NCBI GenBank assembly: GCA_026025075.1
Contig: JAPEUI010000049.1
Coordinates: 62,001 to 118,880 of the forward strand
Origin: Vezdaea acicularis
Lineage: Eukaryota
Reading direction: 5' to 3'
DNA length: 56,880 bases
A program made the translations under genes and the position numbers. The stretch's first letter is position 1. Every line of letters starts with the position of its first letter. Of this stretch, positions 24,001-38,284 are shown in pieces. Under the pieces are notes generated by a model that was given only the letters and a program-made list of their open reading frames with translations, had not been told where the DNA came from and made no database searches.

Positions 24001-24931
24001 ACGTCTCGGGGGGGTGATGAGCCACACCGCTCACGCACGCGCAACCCTTCCTCTCTGCCTACGGGGTATTCTCGGGGTTAGCATCGGCTTAGCAACGATA
24101 TCTTTCTTTTGTCCAGCTTGAACGCGCGCTCGATTGTGTATATTCATGTCACGTGATATCTCAAGAGAGTCCTCCTCGCTTCGGGCATCGGAGTAACCCG
24201 GCTCCGCCGGCACTCACCTTTTTTCCCGCGCGAGCGCGAGACTCCGGGCGCCGAGTTCCGTGATTTCGTCTGATTGTTCAGCATTCTCAACCACAATTCG
24301 CTTTCCCTCCGTGTTATATCCGGGTTGGGTAAGCGGATATCTACTTGGCTTGGGGGAATTGGTGATGTGGTGCTGCTGCTGGGTTGCGTTGGGAGGAAGG
24401 GATCTTGTGGTTGCGAAGGGCGTCGGTTGGTTGCTGAGCCGGTTCGTGCGCGCGGGCGTGAGGTGTAGCTGGGATATAGGAGGACGGGGAATATCTATCG
24501 ATATTGCTCGAATAAGAGTTTAATGCATTGGTTGTCCTCCTCGTAATATCTACTACCTCTGAATCGGTAATTCCAAGACTTTTATCGTCGATTGTCGGTC
24601 ACACTCTGAACTCTGCCAAAACACCTCCGGTATCTATGATCTCACTACCGATTTCACCAAAGAAACATATCTATTCGAAGAAACTCGCATTTACCCCCCA
24701 CCACCACCTCTTAAAAAATCGAAATAGTACGTAAGTAAAACCTATACAACTTAATAATCACGCTGCCTCAATTTCTGCTATATTGCGCAACGTTGTGAAT
24801 TTTGCCTGTGCGCCCGACTGATACCCTCTCCTCGTGAAGCGAACTCTCTCCTTTCTGCGCCTATACATGGACGGGAGAAGGGCTGCGCGACACAAAGGGG
24901 GTAGCTTTCGGATTATTTTACGGGGGGAGGG

Positions 24932-24986
24932 ATGAGTCATGATACCTCTTGGATTTGGATTTGGATTTGTGTTTATTGGTGAGTCA
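24932..24986. promoter_or_regulatory. Two AP-1/Gcn4(CpcA)-type TGAGTCA sites
   Basis: ATGAGTCAT at 24932-24940 and TGAGTCA at 24980-24986, between the RPN4 5' region and the H4 3' end. Confidence 0.35.
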
Positions 24987-25466
24987 TGCGGTTATTGGAT
25001 TTAGTTGATGCGATGGAGATAGCAGGTGATGCGACGGCACGTGTGTGGGATCCTAGAGTTGCAGTCGTGGAGGTGTGGGCAACGTTGGCGTTGCATAGGA
25101 CACGACTACGTGGAGGGGAGGGTTCCGACAAGGACGCTGGAGCCGGCGTGGCTAGTGATAGGATAGCATAACAATGGACGCGCGTGTGAATGTTCGCGAG
25201 AATGGCAGGGGGTTTCAAGACGAGGTTCACGATGCAAAGGGAGGCGCGAGAGTCACGTATGTTGCATGTCAGGAGTGAAGGGGTAAGTAAGCATGGGATC
25301 GTGGGTTGTAATTCATTCCAGATAGCTTCAGCATGAACACCGCCCCGTCCTTATGATACAAAAGCAGACCCAAAGAGAAAAGACCCGATTCGTCATCCCA
25401 CACCGCGCAACCCGATGAAGAAGAAACCATCCACCGCCAGCCAGGCTCCCACCGAGCCCAGCCAAT

Positions 25467-25497
25467 GGTGTTGTGGTTGTTGTTGTTGTTGTTGTCG
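25467..25497. repeat. (GTT)n microsatellite in the H4 3' UTR
   Basis: ggtgttgtggttgttgttgttgttgttgtcg. Confidence 0.7.
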
Positions 25498-25523
25498 TAA
25501 GAGGAAATGCATTAAAAAACTTT

Positions 25524-25972
<449 letters not shown>

Positions 25973-26793
25973 GTTGATAAGAGTTGGGGGGTAGAAGGAG
26001 CTTTAGAAGCTGGTATGATAGTAGACTGAGATAAAAGTCTGATGTGTGAGGGTGTAGATGCGGGTATGTGGATTGCAGAGTCGTAATATTAGAAAGGAGG
26101 GAAAGCGTGGTGGTGGGGGCTCCTCGCGGTATTTGAGGTAGGCGAGTTCACGCGGAGAATCACCCGCCGTCTCCCCAGATCACGGCGGTGCGAGTTGCGC
26201 TAAACTAGATCTAGAAAATCACCCGCTTGCCCGCTTTGGGATAGCCCAATCCAGCTCCGCAGCGCCGCAACTGATCCAGGCACTGCGCCGCAGATGCGAT
26301 CGCTGGGGGTTTGACAGGCTGCATTCACTGCGCAGACTTCACCAGATCATATGAAATTGAATTCATAGATCATGGTAGTAAATTGCAGCAGTCGTGCATT
26401 CACTGCTGCTTTGTGCCTGAGCTCGCGTTGATTTGGGATGGGGTGATGGGGGCCGCTTGCGTGGTGCCGGGGCTGCTCGCCTCCCATTGGCCGGATCCGC
26501 CAGAATCAGGTCGTTTCGGCTGAGCACAAAGACAGCAGAACATGAGCAGCTTTCCAGACGCTTTTGCGCGACGCTGAATTCGACGCTAACACCGCCAGGC
26601 AAACACATCAGAATCAGCGGGCGCCCCCAGAAGATCACTCGGCTCCCACAAATCGTACTTAAACCTGTCCCCACCCACCTCTCTCGCTTCCTTTCTTCCC
26701 TCCCACTACATCTACCCTCTCGACCAACCACTACCCGTCCACCACAACTTTATCAAATTTTCATCAAAATATTCATCTCAGACATCTCTCACG

Positions 26794-27433
<640 letters not shown>

Positions 27434-28107
27434 ATAGTTGTGGCATGGACGCGTCCTGTCTAGTCTCTTCATCCAGGGAAACACTCTGCCTTTGACACCA
27501 TTTGCGATCTTCGGATCGCATAGCTGTTGCGAGCTTCTCCTGGACGAAGATGTCCTGGTCGTCGTGTTCCCTGTCCGCAGCTTTCTTCTTTCAAATCATG
27601 GGCTTTGGGGAAACGGATGGGATGGTGAACATGTTGCAATTTGTTTTTCTTCTTTCTCACTTGCCTGGGTCTGCTTTTTTACCGGTTGGCGATGTAAATT
27701 AGCTGGTCATGAATTCCATCCAGCACGGGTAATGAAAGCATGAGCTCTTCCTTTTTTCTGGAAGCAACCGGACCTTGCCACACAAATTTTGCACTCCATG
27801 ATTGTGATTGTGACTTGTGATGATCCCACTGCTGAACGCGTTGTTTACTACTAAGTTCCGCGAAGAAGCTAACGCGTGTCTGCCCGGACTAGGAACACAA
27901 TTCCCCGCCACGTAGACCGGGCCAGCCCTTCCCCCAGGCCTTCCCAAGCTCCTGCACCGGAAGTGCTTCTCCCCACAACCTGCCTGAAAGTGCGTTGATT
28001 CCTACACCGAAACACAGCCCATACTGGCTTAAACGCCACTGCAACAACACCATGCACAAAGACGTATAAACCTGGAACTAACCACCCGCAGTGACAGCGA
28101 CACAAGC

Positions 28108-29268
28108 CTACCCTCCACCCTTCCGATTCCGCCCACTGAGCACCCTCCGCTTCTTCTCCATCCGATCACCCACCCTCTCCTCTCCGCCCCTGGGACCATC
28201 CGACATCCCCCTCTTGCGACTCCTCTCCAACAAGCCCCCCACCCCCCCGCCGCCCTTCCGCCTCGTAAGCCTTTCAATCCTCTCCACGCCCTCGCCCAAA
28301 CCCCTCCATTCCTCCCCGCCATACCCGCCCATTGCATCTCTACCTCTCCCGCCTCGTTCTCCTCCAGCGCTCCGTTTGCGCTCGGCTCTGCTCTCTTTGG
28401 GCAGGCGCACGAAGTTGCTTTCTTCGTACGTTTTTCGCTCTTGCTCGGCGAGTTGCTCGCGTGCGGATTTCGTGCGGCGCCCGGAGGCGGTGATGAGGGA
28501 GCCGATGCTGGGGAGAGGCGTGGGGGCGGAGCTGAGCTCGGTGGTGATGTATTCGTCTAGGGTGCGGGAGGTGGGGGGGGGGCGTCGGGTGGAGGGTTTG
28601 GAGGGGTTGGTTGTGGGGAGGGAGACGGGCGTTATGCGGGGAGGTTTGTAGATCGCAGAGGTGCTGCTCTTGTTTGTGGGGTTGGTGGGTACAGTGGAAG
28701 AGGAGGTAGGCTGGCGGCGCTGCAGGGCGGAGGGATTGGGACGGTAGGAAAGTTCGTCGATTTGGGGGGTGGTGTTGCTGGTTGCTGCTTCGTCGTCGTC
28801 GGCGTCGGAGGGGCCAGAGCCATCTGAAGAGTCGCCCGATTCGTGAAGCTTTTTAGGGCGCCCATTTGTTGAGGTAGGCTTCTCTTGCTGTTTCTGCGAG
28901 CGTGAGGCATCGTCGGCAGCGTGGAGGACTTTGTCGATTTGGTACTTGAGTCGCCCTTCCATCGGTCGCACGCCGCGCTCGAGGTAGATGCGCAGCTCAA
29001 CGAGCTTGCGCACGACTTGGTCGTCTAGCTTGGATGCCTCCTCTTCATCTCTGTTGCTGGAGGCGGCATTCCGTAATTTGAGAATGATCAGGAAGACAAG
29101 ATTTTGTAGGTATGACAAGAGTAGCTCGTTCTTGGTGTCGAGCAGGGATATGCCGTCTTTGGGAGGTAGAATTTTGGAGGAGTCGGGAAGAGATGCTGCT
29201 GCAGACTCGAGAGACTCTCTTAGAGAATCCAAGAGGTCGGGCAGGCTCTGAATGGTTGCGGGCGCCAT
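28108..29268 (-). CDS. LCP5: Lcp5/neuroguidin (Sas10/Utp3/C1D family) SSU processome factor
   Basis: DGISLLDTKNELLLSY, LVELRIYLERGVRPMEGRLKYQIDKVL, YRPNP, IYKPPRI, YEESNFVRLP. Confidence 0.9.
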   Translation of the reverse strand: MAPATIQSLPDLLDSLRESLESAAASLPDSSKILPPKDGISLLDTKNELLLSYLQNLVFLIILKLRNAASSNRDEEEASKLDDQVVRKLVELRIYLERGVRPMEGRLKYQIDKVLHAADDASRSQKQQEKPTSTNGRPKKLHESGDSSDGSGPSDADDDEAATSNTTPQIDELSYRPNPSALQRRQPTSSSTVPTNPTNKSSTSAIYKPPRITPVSLPTTNPSKPSTRRPPPTSRTLDEYITTELSSAPTPLPSIGSLITASGRRTKSAREQLAEQERKTYEESNFVRLPKESRAERKRSAGGERGGRGRDAMGGYGGEEWRGLGEGVERIERLTRRKGGGGVGGLLERSRKRGMSDGPRGGEERVGDRMEKKRRVLSGRNRKGGG

Positions 29269-29665
29269 GATAAACTCTTCTGCAGTGATGCTGGATTTGT
29301 GGGTTTGCGAATGAATGCTCGGGTCGGAAAATTTCCTGGCGACGGGTGACTAAGCGTCAGGGACGACACCTTTCGCATACGCGGAGGAGCAAGACACATC
29401 TCCGAGATTCAGCACTTACGTCAATGACAGAATCTATCTTATCATACTATGCTGCCTAAAGCTTCGATAGAGGATGCAAATATTTGATTATTGAACCCCT
29501 ATCAGGATTGTGCAACAACCTCGGAAGCTGCCCGTCAAGGGCGCTGTAACTTCGCAAAACGTTCTCCTGTGTTTGCCTAGTAGACAAAGAGCTATCTTGG
29601 CACCAAAGCGCCATCACGACAATAAACAGGCTGTACTGACACCCCCACTTCCGCGGTAATTCACG

Positions 29666-31708
29666 ATGAGGTTACGGAAAGCCGATACAAATACCTCCTT
29701 ACTCGTAACCGCCCTTCTCTTCGCCGTCAATCCTTCATCAGCTTTCTATCTTCCTGGCGTTGCGCCGACTTCATATAAATTTGGCGACAGGGTCCCACTG
29801 AACGTCAACCACCTCACACCCTCAAGATGGACAAGTGACTTACAACTGCGCTCTGTTGTAGCCTACGACTACTACTTCGAGCCGTTTAGGTTCTGTAAGC
29901 CAGAAGAGGGGGCGAAGTATGTCACCGAGAGTCTGGGTAGTATCCTCTTCGGAGATCGCATACGGACGTCACCCTTCGAACTATCTATGGGTAAGAATGT
30001 GAATTGCAAGAAGCTCTGCGAAGTGGAATTCAACCAAGAAGACGCACAATTCGTCAACGCACGGATAAGGGAGGGCTATAACATCAATTGGTTGATTGAT
30101 GGACTACCTGCTGCTGGGACAGGGCTACGGCTTGAATCTGGGGAGGATGTACCTACGCAGGGCTTTCTGCTGGGTGGACTAGGTGCCGAGCCAGGCAAGC
30201 CGAAACTGCACAACCACTTCGATATCAAGATCGACTATCATGAGCTGAAGAGCAAGGAGCGGAGAGTGGTGGGAGTTCAGGTAGACCCTTCCTCGAGGTT
30301 AAGTGGAGGGTCTGAGACGGACTGCGGAGACTCCCAGAGCCTTCCAGTGATACTTTCGGAATTAGGAGGCACTACGAAGGTCTCATGGACCTACAGCGTG
30401 GAGTGGATTGCGTCTGATACAGCATGGGCTACACGGTGGGATAAATACCTCCACGTGTACCTTCCAAGCATACATTGGTGGTCGCTGATCAGCTCCGCGG
30501 CTATTGTGGTGCTTCTGGTATTCATGGTGACCTCCATTCTACTTAGAGTGCTTAGGAAGGACATAGCACGATACAACCGACTAGATACGTTCAGCCTGGA
30601 TGATCTGTCGGGAACTTCGGCTGCAGTTGAAGACGGTGTACAGGAGGATTCTGGCTGGAAGCTGGTACATGGAGACGTTTTCCGATCGCCAAGGCATTCA
30701 TTGATCCTCAGCGTCTTCCTAGGGAACGGAGCCCAGCTTTTTGTCATGACTGGCGTAACGATCTTTTTCGCCCTCTTCGGGTTTCTCTCACCATCTTATA
30801 GAGGCTCCTTAGCCACGGCTATGATTCTTTTGTACGCCATCTTTGGTTTTGTAGGAGGTTATGTCTCGGCGCGTGTCTACAAGTCGCTTGGAGGAGAGGC
30901 ATGGAAGCAGAATATTGCGTTGACGCCCCTGCTGGTGTCGGGAATTGTCTTTTCCGTATTCTTCTTCCTCAACCTGTTCCTCTGGGCTAGCAAGTCCAGT
31001 GGTGCTGTTCCTTTCTCCACCATGCTTGTCATTATTATCATATGGTTCGTGATAAGCGTTCCCTCGAGCTTTGCGGGCAGCTGGACAGGTCTCAAACAAG
31101 CGGTAGGTTGTCCTTCTCTGAATTCTCGCTGCGCATGCTAATCGAACCACAGGCAATCAAGCCACCAGTCCGAACCAACCAAATCCCCCGTCAGATCCCT
31201 CCCGCAGCAAATTACTTCAACTACCTTCCCTCCATGCTCATGACCGGCATCCCTCCCTTTGGTGCCATCTCCGTCGAGCTCTTCTTCATCATCGAGAGCC
31301 TCTGGTTTAACCAGGTCTACTACATGTTTGGCTTCCTCTTCCTATGTTATTTCCTCATGATCATCACGTGCGCCGCCGTCACAGTGCTCATGATCTACTT
31401 TCTGCTCTGCTCGGAGAATTATCACTGGCATTGGAGAGCTTTCAATACGGCCGGAGCCTGCTCGATTTATGTCTTTCTCTCTGCCTTAGGGTATCAGGTC
31501 ATGAAAATGAGTTTGGGAGGTGTTACGAGCAATGTACTATACTTGGGATACAGCATTCTGATCAGCTTTTTATGTTTCATATTGACGGGTAAGCTGCTCT
31601 TGCACGCCGCAATAGAGCTTCTAGCTAACGAGGCTCACAGGTACCATTGGCTTTTTCGCTAGCTGGGCATTCGTGCACAAAATCTATGGTTCGATAAAGA
31701 TTGACTAG
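29666..31708 (+). CDS. Transmembrane 9 superfamily protein (Emp70/Tmn)
   Basis: Signal peptide then FYLPGVAP, ESLGSILFGDRI, WATRWDKYL, QEDSGWKLVHGDVFR, VRTNQIPRQIP and C-terminal IYGSIKID*. Introns ~31103-31151 and ~31589-31640. Confidence 0.95.
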
Positions 31709-32730
31709 GGCGATGACGCAAATGCAAACGCCTGCATCTCATAAGGGAAACGTGTCTTTTTCTAGCTCATCTTACTGGTTGTGTACAAAAATGTCAGACA
31801 AGGGCTACCCCCCGTAGCTTTGCGAGCGAAGTGCCTATGTTAGCGGGAATTAGAGGATCTGCATTTGTGGTACGGGCCATGTATTCATATATGCAAGCTT
31901 CTCTCAGCTATCGAGAAAGTCGCCCTTGCAGGTCCCAGCATCATGTGAACCTTATTTTCCCCTTAATGGGCTCTAAGTGAGCGACGTCTACGGCTGACGA
32001 AGTGCGATCTAGTGTCTGCCCATGGCCAAGGCGCTCCTCTCGACTCTACTCTTGAAAAACTCGTTCCCTGTTAGGACCCACTCCGCATATGTTTCCCCAT
32101 TATACCAGGACGTGAACTGCGACGGCTTTGAAAAGTCGTATTTACACTGACTTATCGAGTCGCAGTGACTTGACTATCTGGTGTGCTAAGCCCGAACCTT
32201 CAAAGGTTGAGGGAAGCTTTGATGATGTTGGTACAGTAGTACACTTAATTGCACACCAGTCGTTCTACAGTAGCATCGCAGTCCCTCTGCTGTTTCCGTA
32301 AACGGCTTCGAATCAAAGGTTTAAGTATTTCCCGTTTACTCAGCTCTTCCTAGCATGGAATGGGAGTCTTGTGAATCATATACTACAAACCTCCAGCTTA
32401 ATCCTCAACCACGGTCTTGACCCAGATCTTGTTTCAACCCCGCAGCGGGCGCTATCGGTTAGTTGCAGGTGGCGCCCTACCAGACCCCTACAACCTTAAA
32501 TGATAAATCTGTCCGTCGATCACTGACCCAGACTTGAGGGACACCCTGAATTTTTAAAACCCTCAGAATTTGGCGGGTAATGTAGTTGCCCAGATAGGAG
32601 CACTATAAAGCCATTCCCATTAGTCCATTTCGTCGAACGTCTATAGCATACCCCACGCTCCGCCTTTCAGCGAACGACGTCACTAGCTCTTCCCTTCACA
32701 ACATTACTCAATTGCCCAGACATCTCAGTT

Positions 32731-33459
32731 ATGGCAGCCACACCAGCTACAGAGCTCGCAACCCTTCCCCTCAAGCCAGAAGTTACAATCGAGGATCCCT
32801 CATCGGAGGCCGGCAAAATCTGGAACGAGGCATTGGAGACCGTCGCGAAGCAGCCAGGCTGGCAACGCAGTTGCTGGGGCCGCCAGCTAGAGGACAAGAA
32901 CACGCTACATTGGTATCTAGGTGATAAGTTTTTCCTAACATCTTTTCTTCTGTTTGCTGATAGGACCCTTCCAATAGATTGGGACTCCATGCAGGACCAT
33001 CTCAACTTCATGGCTTCGGAGGCATACGGCCCCTTCGTTGAGAAGCTCACTCCCGTCGTGGACGGTCCAGCCTACATTACTCACGCGAATCTCACACCGC
33101 ATCCGCCCGCTCCGTTGACTGCTCCGGTGACGGAAGTCTGCACGTGCTATATCGCCGCCTCTGATCCGCCGAGCACTGCCATAGAGCTTGGAAAAGCATG
33201 GGCTGCGCTTACACAGGCGCTTTCTCAGCATGCAAAGGGTTACATAAATGGGGCGATGGGGTGGGTGATAGAAGAGGTGGAGCATGAGAAGTTGGGCGAG
33301 GAGAAAGGGAAGGCATTTGTGGTTATGTATGGATGGGAGAGTAAGGAGGCGCACATGGCGTTTCGTGATACTGAGGAGTTCAAGAAGGCCATTGCGCCGT
33401 TAAGAGGGGTCTGGAAAGGAATTCGGATGTCTCATGTTAGCTTTGAATCCTTCAAATAG
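32731..33459 (+). CDS. Dimeric alpha-beta barrel (ABM-like) protein
   Basis: Two ABM-like halves (QPGW...WGRQLED...DWDSMQDHLNF; GWESKEAHMAFR). Probable 57-nt in-frame intron at 32921-32977. Confidence 0.7.
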   Translation: MAATPATELATLPLKPEVTIEDPSSEAGKIWNEALETVAKQPGWQRSCWGRQLEDKNTLHWYLGDKFFLTSFLLFADRTLPIDWDSMQDHLNFMASEAYGPFVEKLTPVVDGPAYITHANLTPHPPAPLTAPVTEVCTCYIAASDPPSTAIELGKAWAALTQALSQHAKGYINGAMGWVIEEVEHEKLGEEKGKAFVVMYGWESKEAHMAFRDTEEFKKAIAPLRGVWKGIRMSHVSFESFK

Positions 33460-33742
33460 GCACACTGTAGAAAGAAGAGCTTCAATGCTACCCTTGTATA
33501 ACCCTTCATTGAATGGAGAACCATGATCTTATTGATCTAATCGAAACGCATTTATTTTGGGTATGCCTTACGCGTGGCAAGTACAGGATCAGGATAGAAG
33601 AGCGCGTGGCGAGCTTCTAGTAAGTCATGCTCCTATAAGACAGATTGAGAAGCTGGTATTTATAGATACCTGATCCACCCGAGGAAATCCCTTTGTAATA
33701 GCAAGAAAGCGTGCGCCCATTGGCAATCCAGCCCGCCACTGC

Positions 33743-35292
33743 CTACATTCTGTGCTTCTCGCTCTCTGTGAGAAGGTTAGTTATATTTTCACAGCCTCAA
33801 ATAATCAGGGAGTGGTACCAAGTCTTGAATAAAGCATATACAATGCCATTTGGTTACAGTCCTGAGTGCCAGTGATGGTGACTAATCTTTCGTTGCTATT
33901 ATCTTGCGGTTCGTTAATCTTGATCACACTTCCACTAAGTTGCCGTATCTCATTAATCTTGGCTCCCCCTTTACCGATGATAGCCCCGACCATGTCGTTT
34001 GGAATGAAGATTTGCTGAGTGAGTGGCTGTCCTGGTACCATCCCAGGCATTTGTTGTTGAGGTGGACCCTGAGGGTTGACGGCATGCTGTTGAGTTGGCT
34101 GGTGTGGACCCGCACCACCATAAGCCTGCTGAGGAGAGCCAGCAAAGTGTTGTGGGCCTGGGCCTTGCGGCTGTGGATGTTGAACAGGATGTCCGTAATT
34201 GCCATATGGGTTAGCTGGGCCCCGCTGACCTGGTTGTGGATGCCGTCTGAAGTTGTCGGGATGTCCATAGTTGCCTCCAGCTGGCTGAGGAACGTAAGGT
34301 ACAACTTGCATGCCCCCAGGCATGACACCGGTTGGGCCACCTGTGCGTGTTGCATAAGCCGAGGCTGCAGGTCCGTTGTAACGCTCAGTCAGTTGTTCAA
34401 CTAGAGTCGTAGCGACATAGTAAGTTGCGATGTGAACAGCATCAGCGACGCCTAGTACAACCACAGAACGTTCAGTAGAAAGGGGCAAAGTAGTTTCAGA
34501 CGCATTAAGGTGAGCCCCTGACATTTCTTGGATCTCGCGAATGCGCACGCCAGACTTGCCAATGATTGCTCCAATGAGGATGTGAGGGATAAGCAGGCGC
34601 AAGGGATATGTCTTTGACTGAGGGGTAGAGGCACCTTCAAGAGACTCGTTGTTGAGGGTGCGAATGATGAGACCAAATGCCTTTAAGGGAGGATGAGTGC
34701 AAGGACAAGATGGAGAAAAGATGCCACGACTTACCTTGGCAACAGCATCCGTCAATCCGCTGACCGTCAGAATCCGCTCGACAGCACCTCGTGAGTATTC
34801 GCTGACAGTGCACTTTGCGCCGGAGAGCTTCCTGATCATGCTAACATTCTCACCCCCTTTCCCAATTACTGTAGCAGCTTCAGCACTGGTAATGACTGCA
34901 CGCATGTGGAGCCATTTGCTCTCATCCTCATGAGCTCGATTAGAAGGTGTACGCGACGATCTGTCATTGGAAGAGGTAGTAGTCTGAATTGGTTGTGTCT
35001 CCAGGACAGTTGCAGCGTCTGGTATCACAGTATCGCCCTGCCCGTCCTTTGCTCCATTTTCGGAACTTTCCGCTTTAACATCTTCAGAGACTACAGCATC
35101 AACCGTGGGTGTAGAATCGGCAGTCTCGATAGATTCGATAGCTTCCTGTGTATCAGTGCCATCGTCAGACCTAACAATCTTGTCAAGGGCGGGTCTTTTC
35201 GCATCTGGCTGGTCAGTAGATCCTGTCGGAGAAGAAGGGTCCTCCAGAGGGCGTTTTTGAGAAGGCACTGTTGGCGGTGGGGAGGCCGACAT
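33743..35292 (-). CDS. Three-KH-domain RNA-binding protein (Rnc1/Pbp2/hnRNP-K-like)
   Basis: Three GxxG loops: VIGKGG, IIGKSG, IIGKGG. In-frame intron ~34682-34735 and a last intron giving C-terminal ESEKHRM*. Confidence 0.92.
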
Positions 35293-36586
35293 CGTAGCTA
35301 CAGATTAATACGCTTTTGCAACTCGAAGATGGTAAATTGCCAAAGCAGAATTGTATTTGATTGTTTCGTTATTTACACCAGGTGCTTTCGAAGGAAAACG
35401 GGCTGGTGCAACGCTGATTGAGGAAATGATCTGTAATGCGTTTTGTGTAGGGGAGTGTGAAGGTCGTGATCAAGGGAGAGGGAGAGAATTGTGCTGGGTG
35501 ACAGACGCGATGCTCTATGGCAGCCTCAAAAAAAGCGTTGCTCGAATCTGAGGCGAGCAAGAGTGTACGAGGTAGGGGATGAGCTCTAGATGCTCTGAAA
35601 TTGTGTTGAAGTACAATAGAGGTAATCAAGCTGGATATGACGGTTAAGGAGTTGTTGAATGCGCAATGAGGGATAGGGTGGGCGGTGAGAAGTCTGTAAG
35701 TGAGGTCTGAAAGAAGTTAATCTACTCAAACCTTGGATGATCGTGAGACCAGTAAAGCCGACCAGAGAACCATCGATCAGTCTGCGTAAGAGCTTCTAGA
35801 ATCTGAGAGAGCTGGGCGAGTTCTTACTCCGATGAGCAAACTTCAGGCAACGGATCGTCGTCGTTGCGAGGGGTTTCGAATGAAAGGCTCGAGATCTTCA
35901 GGAGCCTTGCGAGCTTCCGTGGAAGGAAGCGAATCCTGAACGTATCACGTGATAATTCGTCAGATTGGATGACGGACGAACCACTTGTTTCACGAGCGGG
36001 AGCCGCCATCAATCTCATGTAGAGGAATACGGAAGGACAGATAGGTATGATTGCAACACTGATATTATCAAAGGACATCTATTAACGAGTTGTGCGATTG
36101 GATGGGTCATGTTTCTGCATGTATGAGCAGGGAACAGACTAGGCTAGATGCGGAATGGACACAGGCATGACAGAGGGCTGCGGCAAGAGGTATCGGAGGG
36201 TAGTAGATATTCTTTAATTGTAATAGATGTCTATATACCATTGGGACCTGGGCACTCATGTTCCAGCGCTGCAGTGGCGCCAGGGATTAGCGCGGTCAAG
36301 GTCAAGGGCTTAGCGGATTCGTCACACAGACGTGAACCGTAGTAGTTCCACTTCTGATGCCTGAATCACGATTCAGAAGCTGCAGGTCGCACGAGAAAGG
36401 TCTTACACTACTTATAAGAAGAGATCTCCGCACTCAATGGGATGCCAATGGAGTTTCTCAATGTTGACGGCTCGGCTTCTCTAGCCTGCCCGCTCTCGAA
36501 CAGCTTGACGCGAAGCGCGTCGCTGTAACTGTGCGGTGCCGAGACTTTATATTTCTACAGGCTTCTGCTTTCGTGTTCCCAATACC

Positions 36587-37736
36587 ATGACTGAATCAAC
36601 ACCATCCGCATTTGCCAAGGTTCAGGCTTATGCTGATGAGCTTCAAGAGGCGCAGAGCGCCCGAAATGGAGCAGACTCAGCTGGAGCAGGCGCCGGCGCC
36701 GGTAGCTCTTTTCATGATGCGCTTCTAGATCGCACCATTCAGAAGCTGCGCGAGGAGATCAAGCAGAAGGAGTCTACGCTTGAAAAGGTGGCAAACAGCC
36801 GAAACAATAGAGCGGCAGCGAGTTGCTAATGATTTTCATTCATAGCTGCAGACTACTTCGACGGCTCAAGATTTCGATCGACCCTCTGAAGACCCTCTAG
36901 AGCGTCTCACACAGCTACGAGCGATGAAGACTGCGTTCGATGAACTCTCCTCAATTGCACCTACCCTACCATCTTTAGAGTCCCCATTGCCAGCGCTACT
37001 AGCCTTACGCACCACCCAACAAACTATCATAGACACAAAACGATCTGTTTTAGACTTAGAGCAGACGCTCACGGAAACCCAGTCACGGCTAGACCAAGAA
37101 AAGGCAGAGCTTCGAGATGCCAGATTGATTACGGGAAGTTTAGAAAATCGTATCGAAGAACTGCAAGCTGCAAAGCAGGAGAGATCCTCCAAAACACCGG
37201 CTCAAGCTGGGAAAGACATGATCAAGGACCTTCATAAGAAGAACGCTGCGTACGAGAACGAAAGAATGCGGCTAATAGACCAGTTCAATGCATTTATCGA
37301 CGATCGACTTGCTATAATGCTTGCAGCTGAAGAGCTTGGAGGCCCCGTGACTGGCGACCTTCTCAAGCTGGATGATGATATGCTCATAGCGGGCTTCTCA
37401 TCGCAGGGCAGAGCCAAAAGAATAAAGCCTACTGTTGACGAGGACAAGCGGCAACGTCGTATCGACCAGATTTGGGGGCCTCGAGCAGTTGAAGATGAAG
37501 AAGAAAGATATGAGAGAAGCGAAAAAGACGCAGCTGGTGCAGAAATACGAGCCTTGACTGAAGAGCTCCTAAATGCTTCAGCCGAAGCTGGTGAAAGTGG
37601 CAGCGCAGCATACGTTCTTCTGCAGCGAGAGTCTGCAGCAGCACGATTTCTTGTGCGAGCAAAAGTAGCACAATTTCATCCTCAGGATGCTAGGAAACTA
37701 CGGCTTATTGACTTCGGAAGGGAATTGGACGAATGA
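36587..37736 (+). CDS. Probable inner-kinetochore protein CENP-K (Sim4/Mcm22-like)
   Basis: Coiled-coil protein ending ARFLVRAKVAQFHPQDARKLRLIDF, resembling the CENP-K C-terminal HPxD motif. Intron 36788-36845; MCB/SCB-like ACGCGAA just upstream (~36507). Confidence 0.65.
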
Positions 37737-38284
37737 ATGTTTCGTCTACCCAGGTTGACACTTTTACTATTCAAGATTCAGTCATCACTTTCCATCGCAC
37801 TAGAGACAATGCCCTGGGTTTTAAGCCGAAGTCATCGATGCTTTAAGCTGCAGAACCCTTGATTTCGAAACCCTGAGCCATGTTTTCTGTACGCCACATT
37901 GGCGTTCAGCGCACAGACCTTGAAAGAGTTGCCGGCAACTTTATCTCGAATTCGGCTGCAAAACTCACTAGCGGAGGCTTGCGAATTGTGGAACATCTCG
38001 TATGTTACTTTATCACAGTCCGTGCCTTCGATTACGCGCACCCGAATTGTTTTCCACAATTACCCTCAGTGGTCTGTGCTATCAGGAAGGATTGCGAAGG
38101 AATGAAGACGATCTTATTGGGCTCGACAGTAATGTCTTACTGCGTCAAGGCTTCATCATCTGCCTCGCCGTAAGCCATTCACGTTACATGCGTTGCATAC
38201 GTTCGAGGTTAATGACATTTGATCGCCAGCGTGAAGCAGCTTCCACGGCTGGGAGCTTGAGGTCCTGACCTCTTACTAGTTGCC

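Noticed and set aside
21300..24530. Many overlapping 60-285 aa ORFs upstream of RPN4
   Set aside because: GC-rich shadow ORFs with no recognisable domain, coding-like composition or splice structure.
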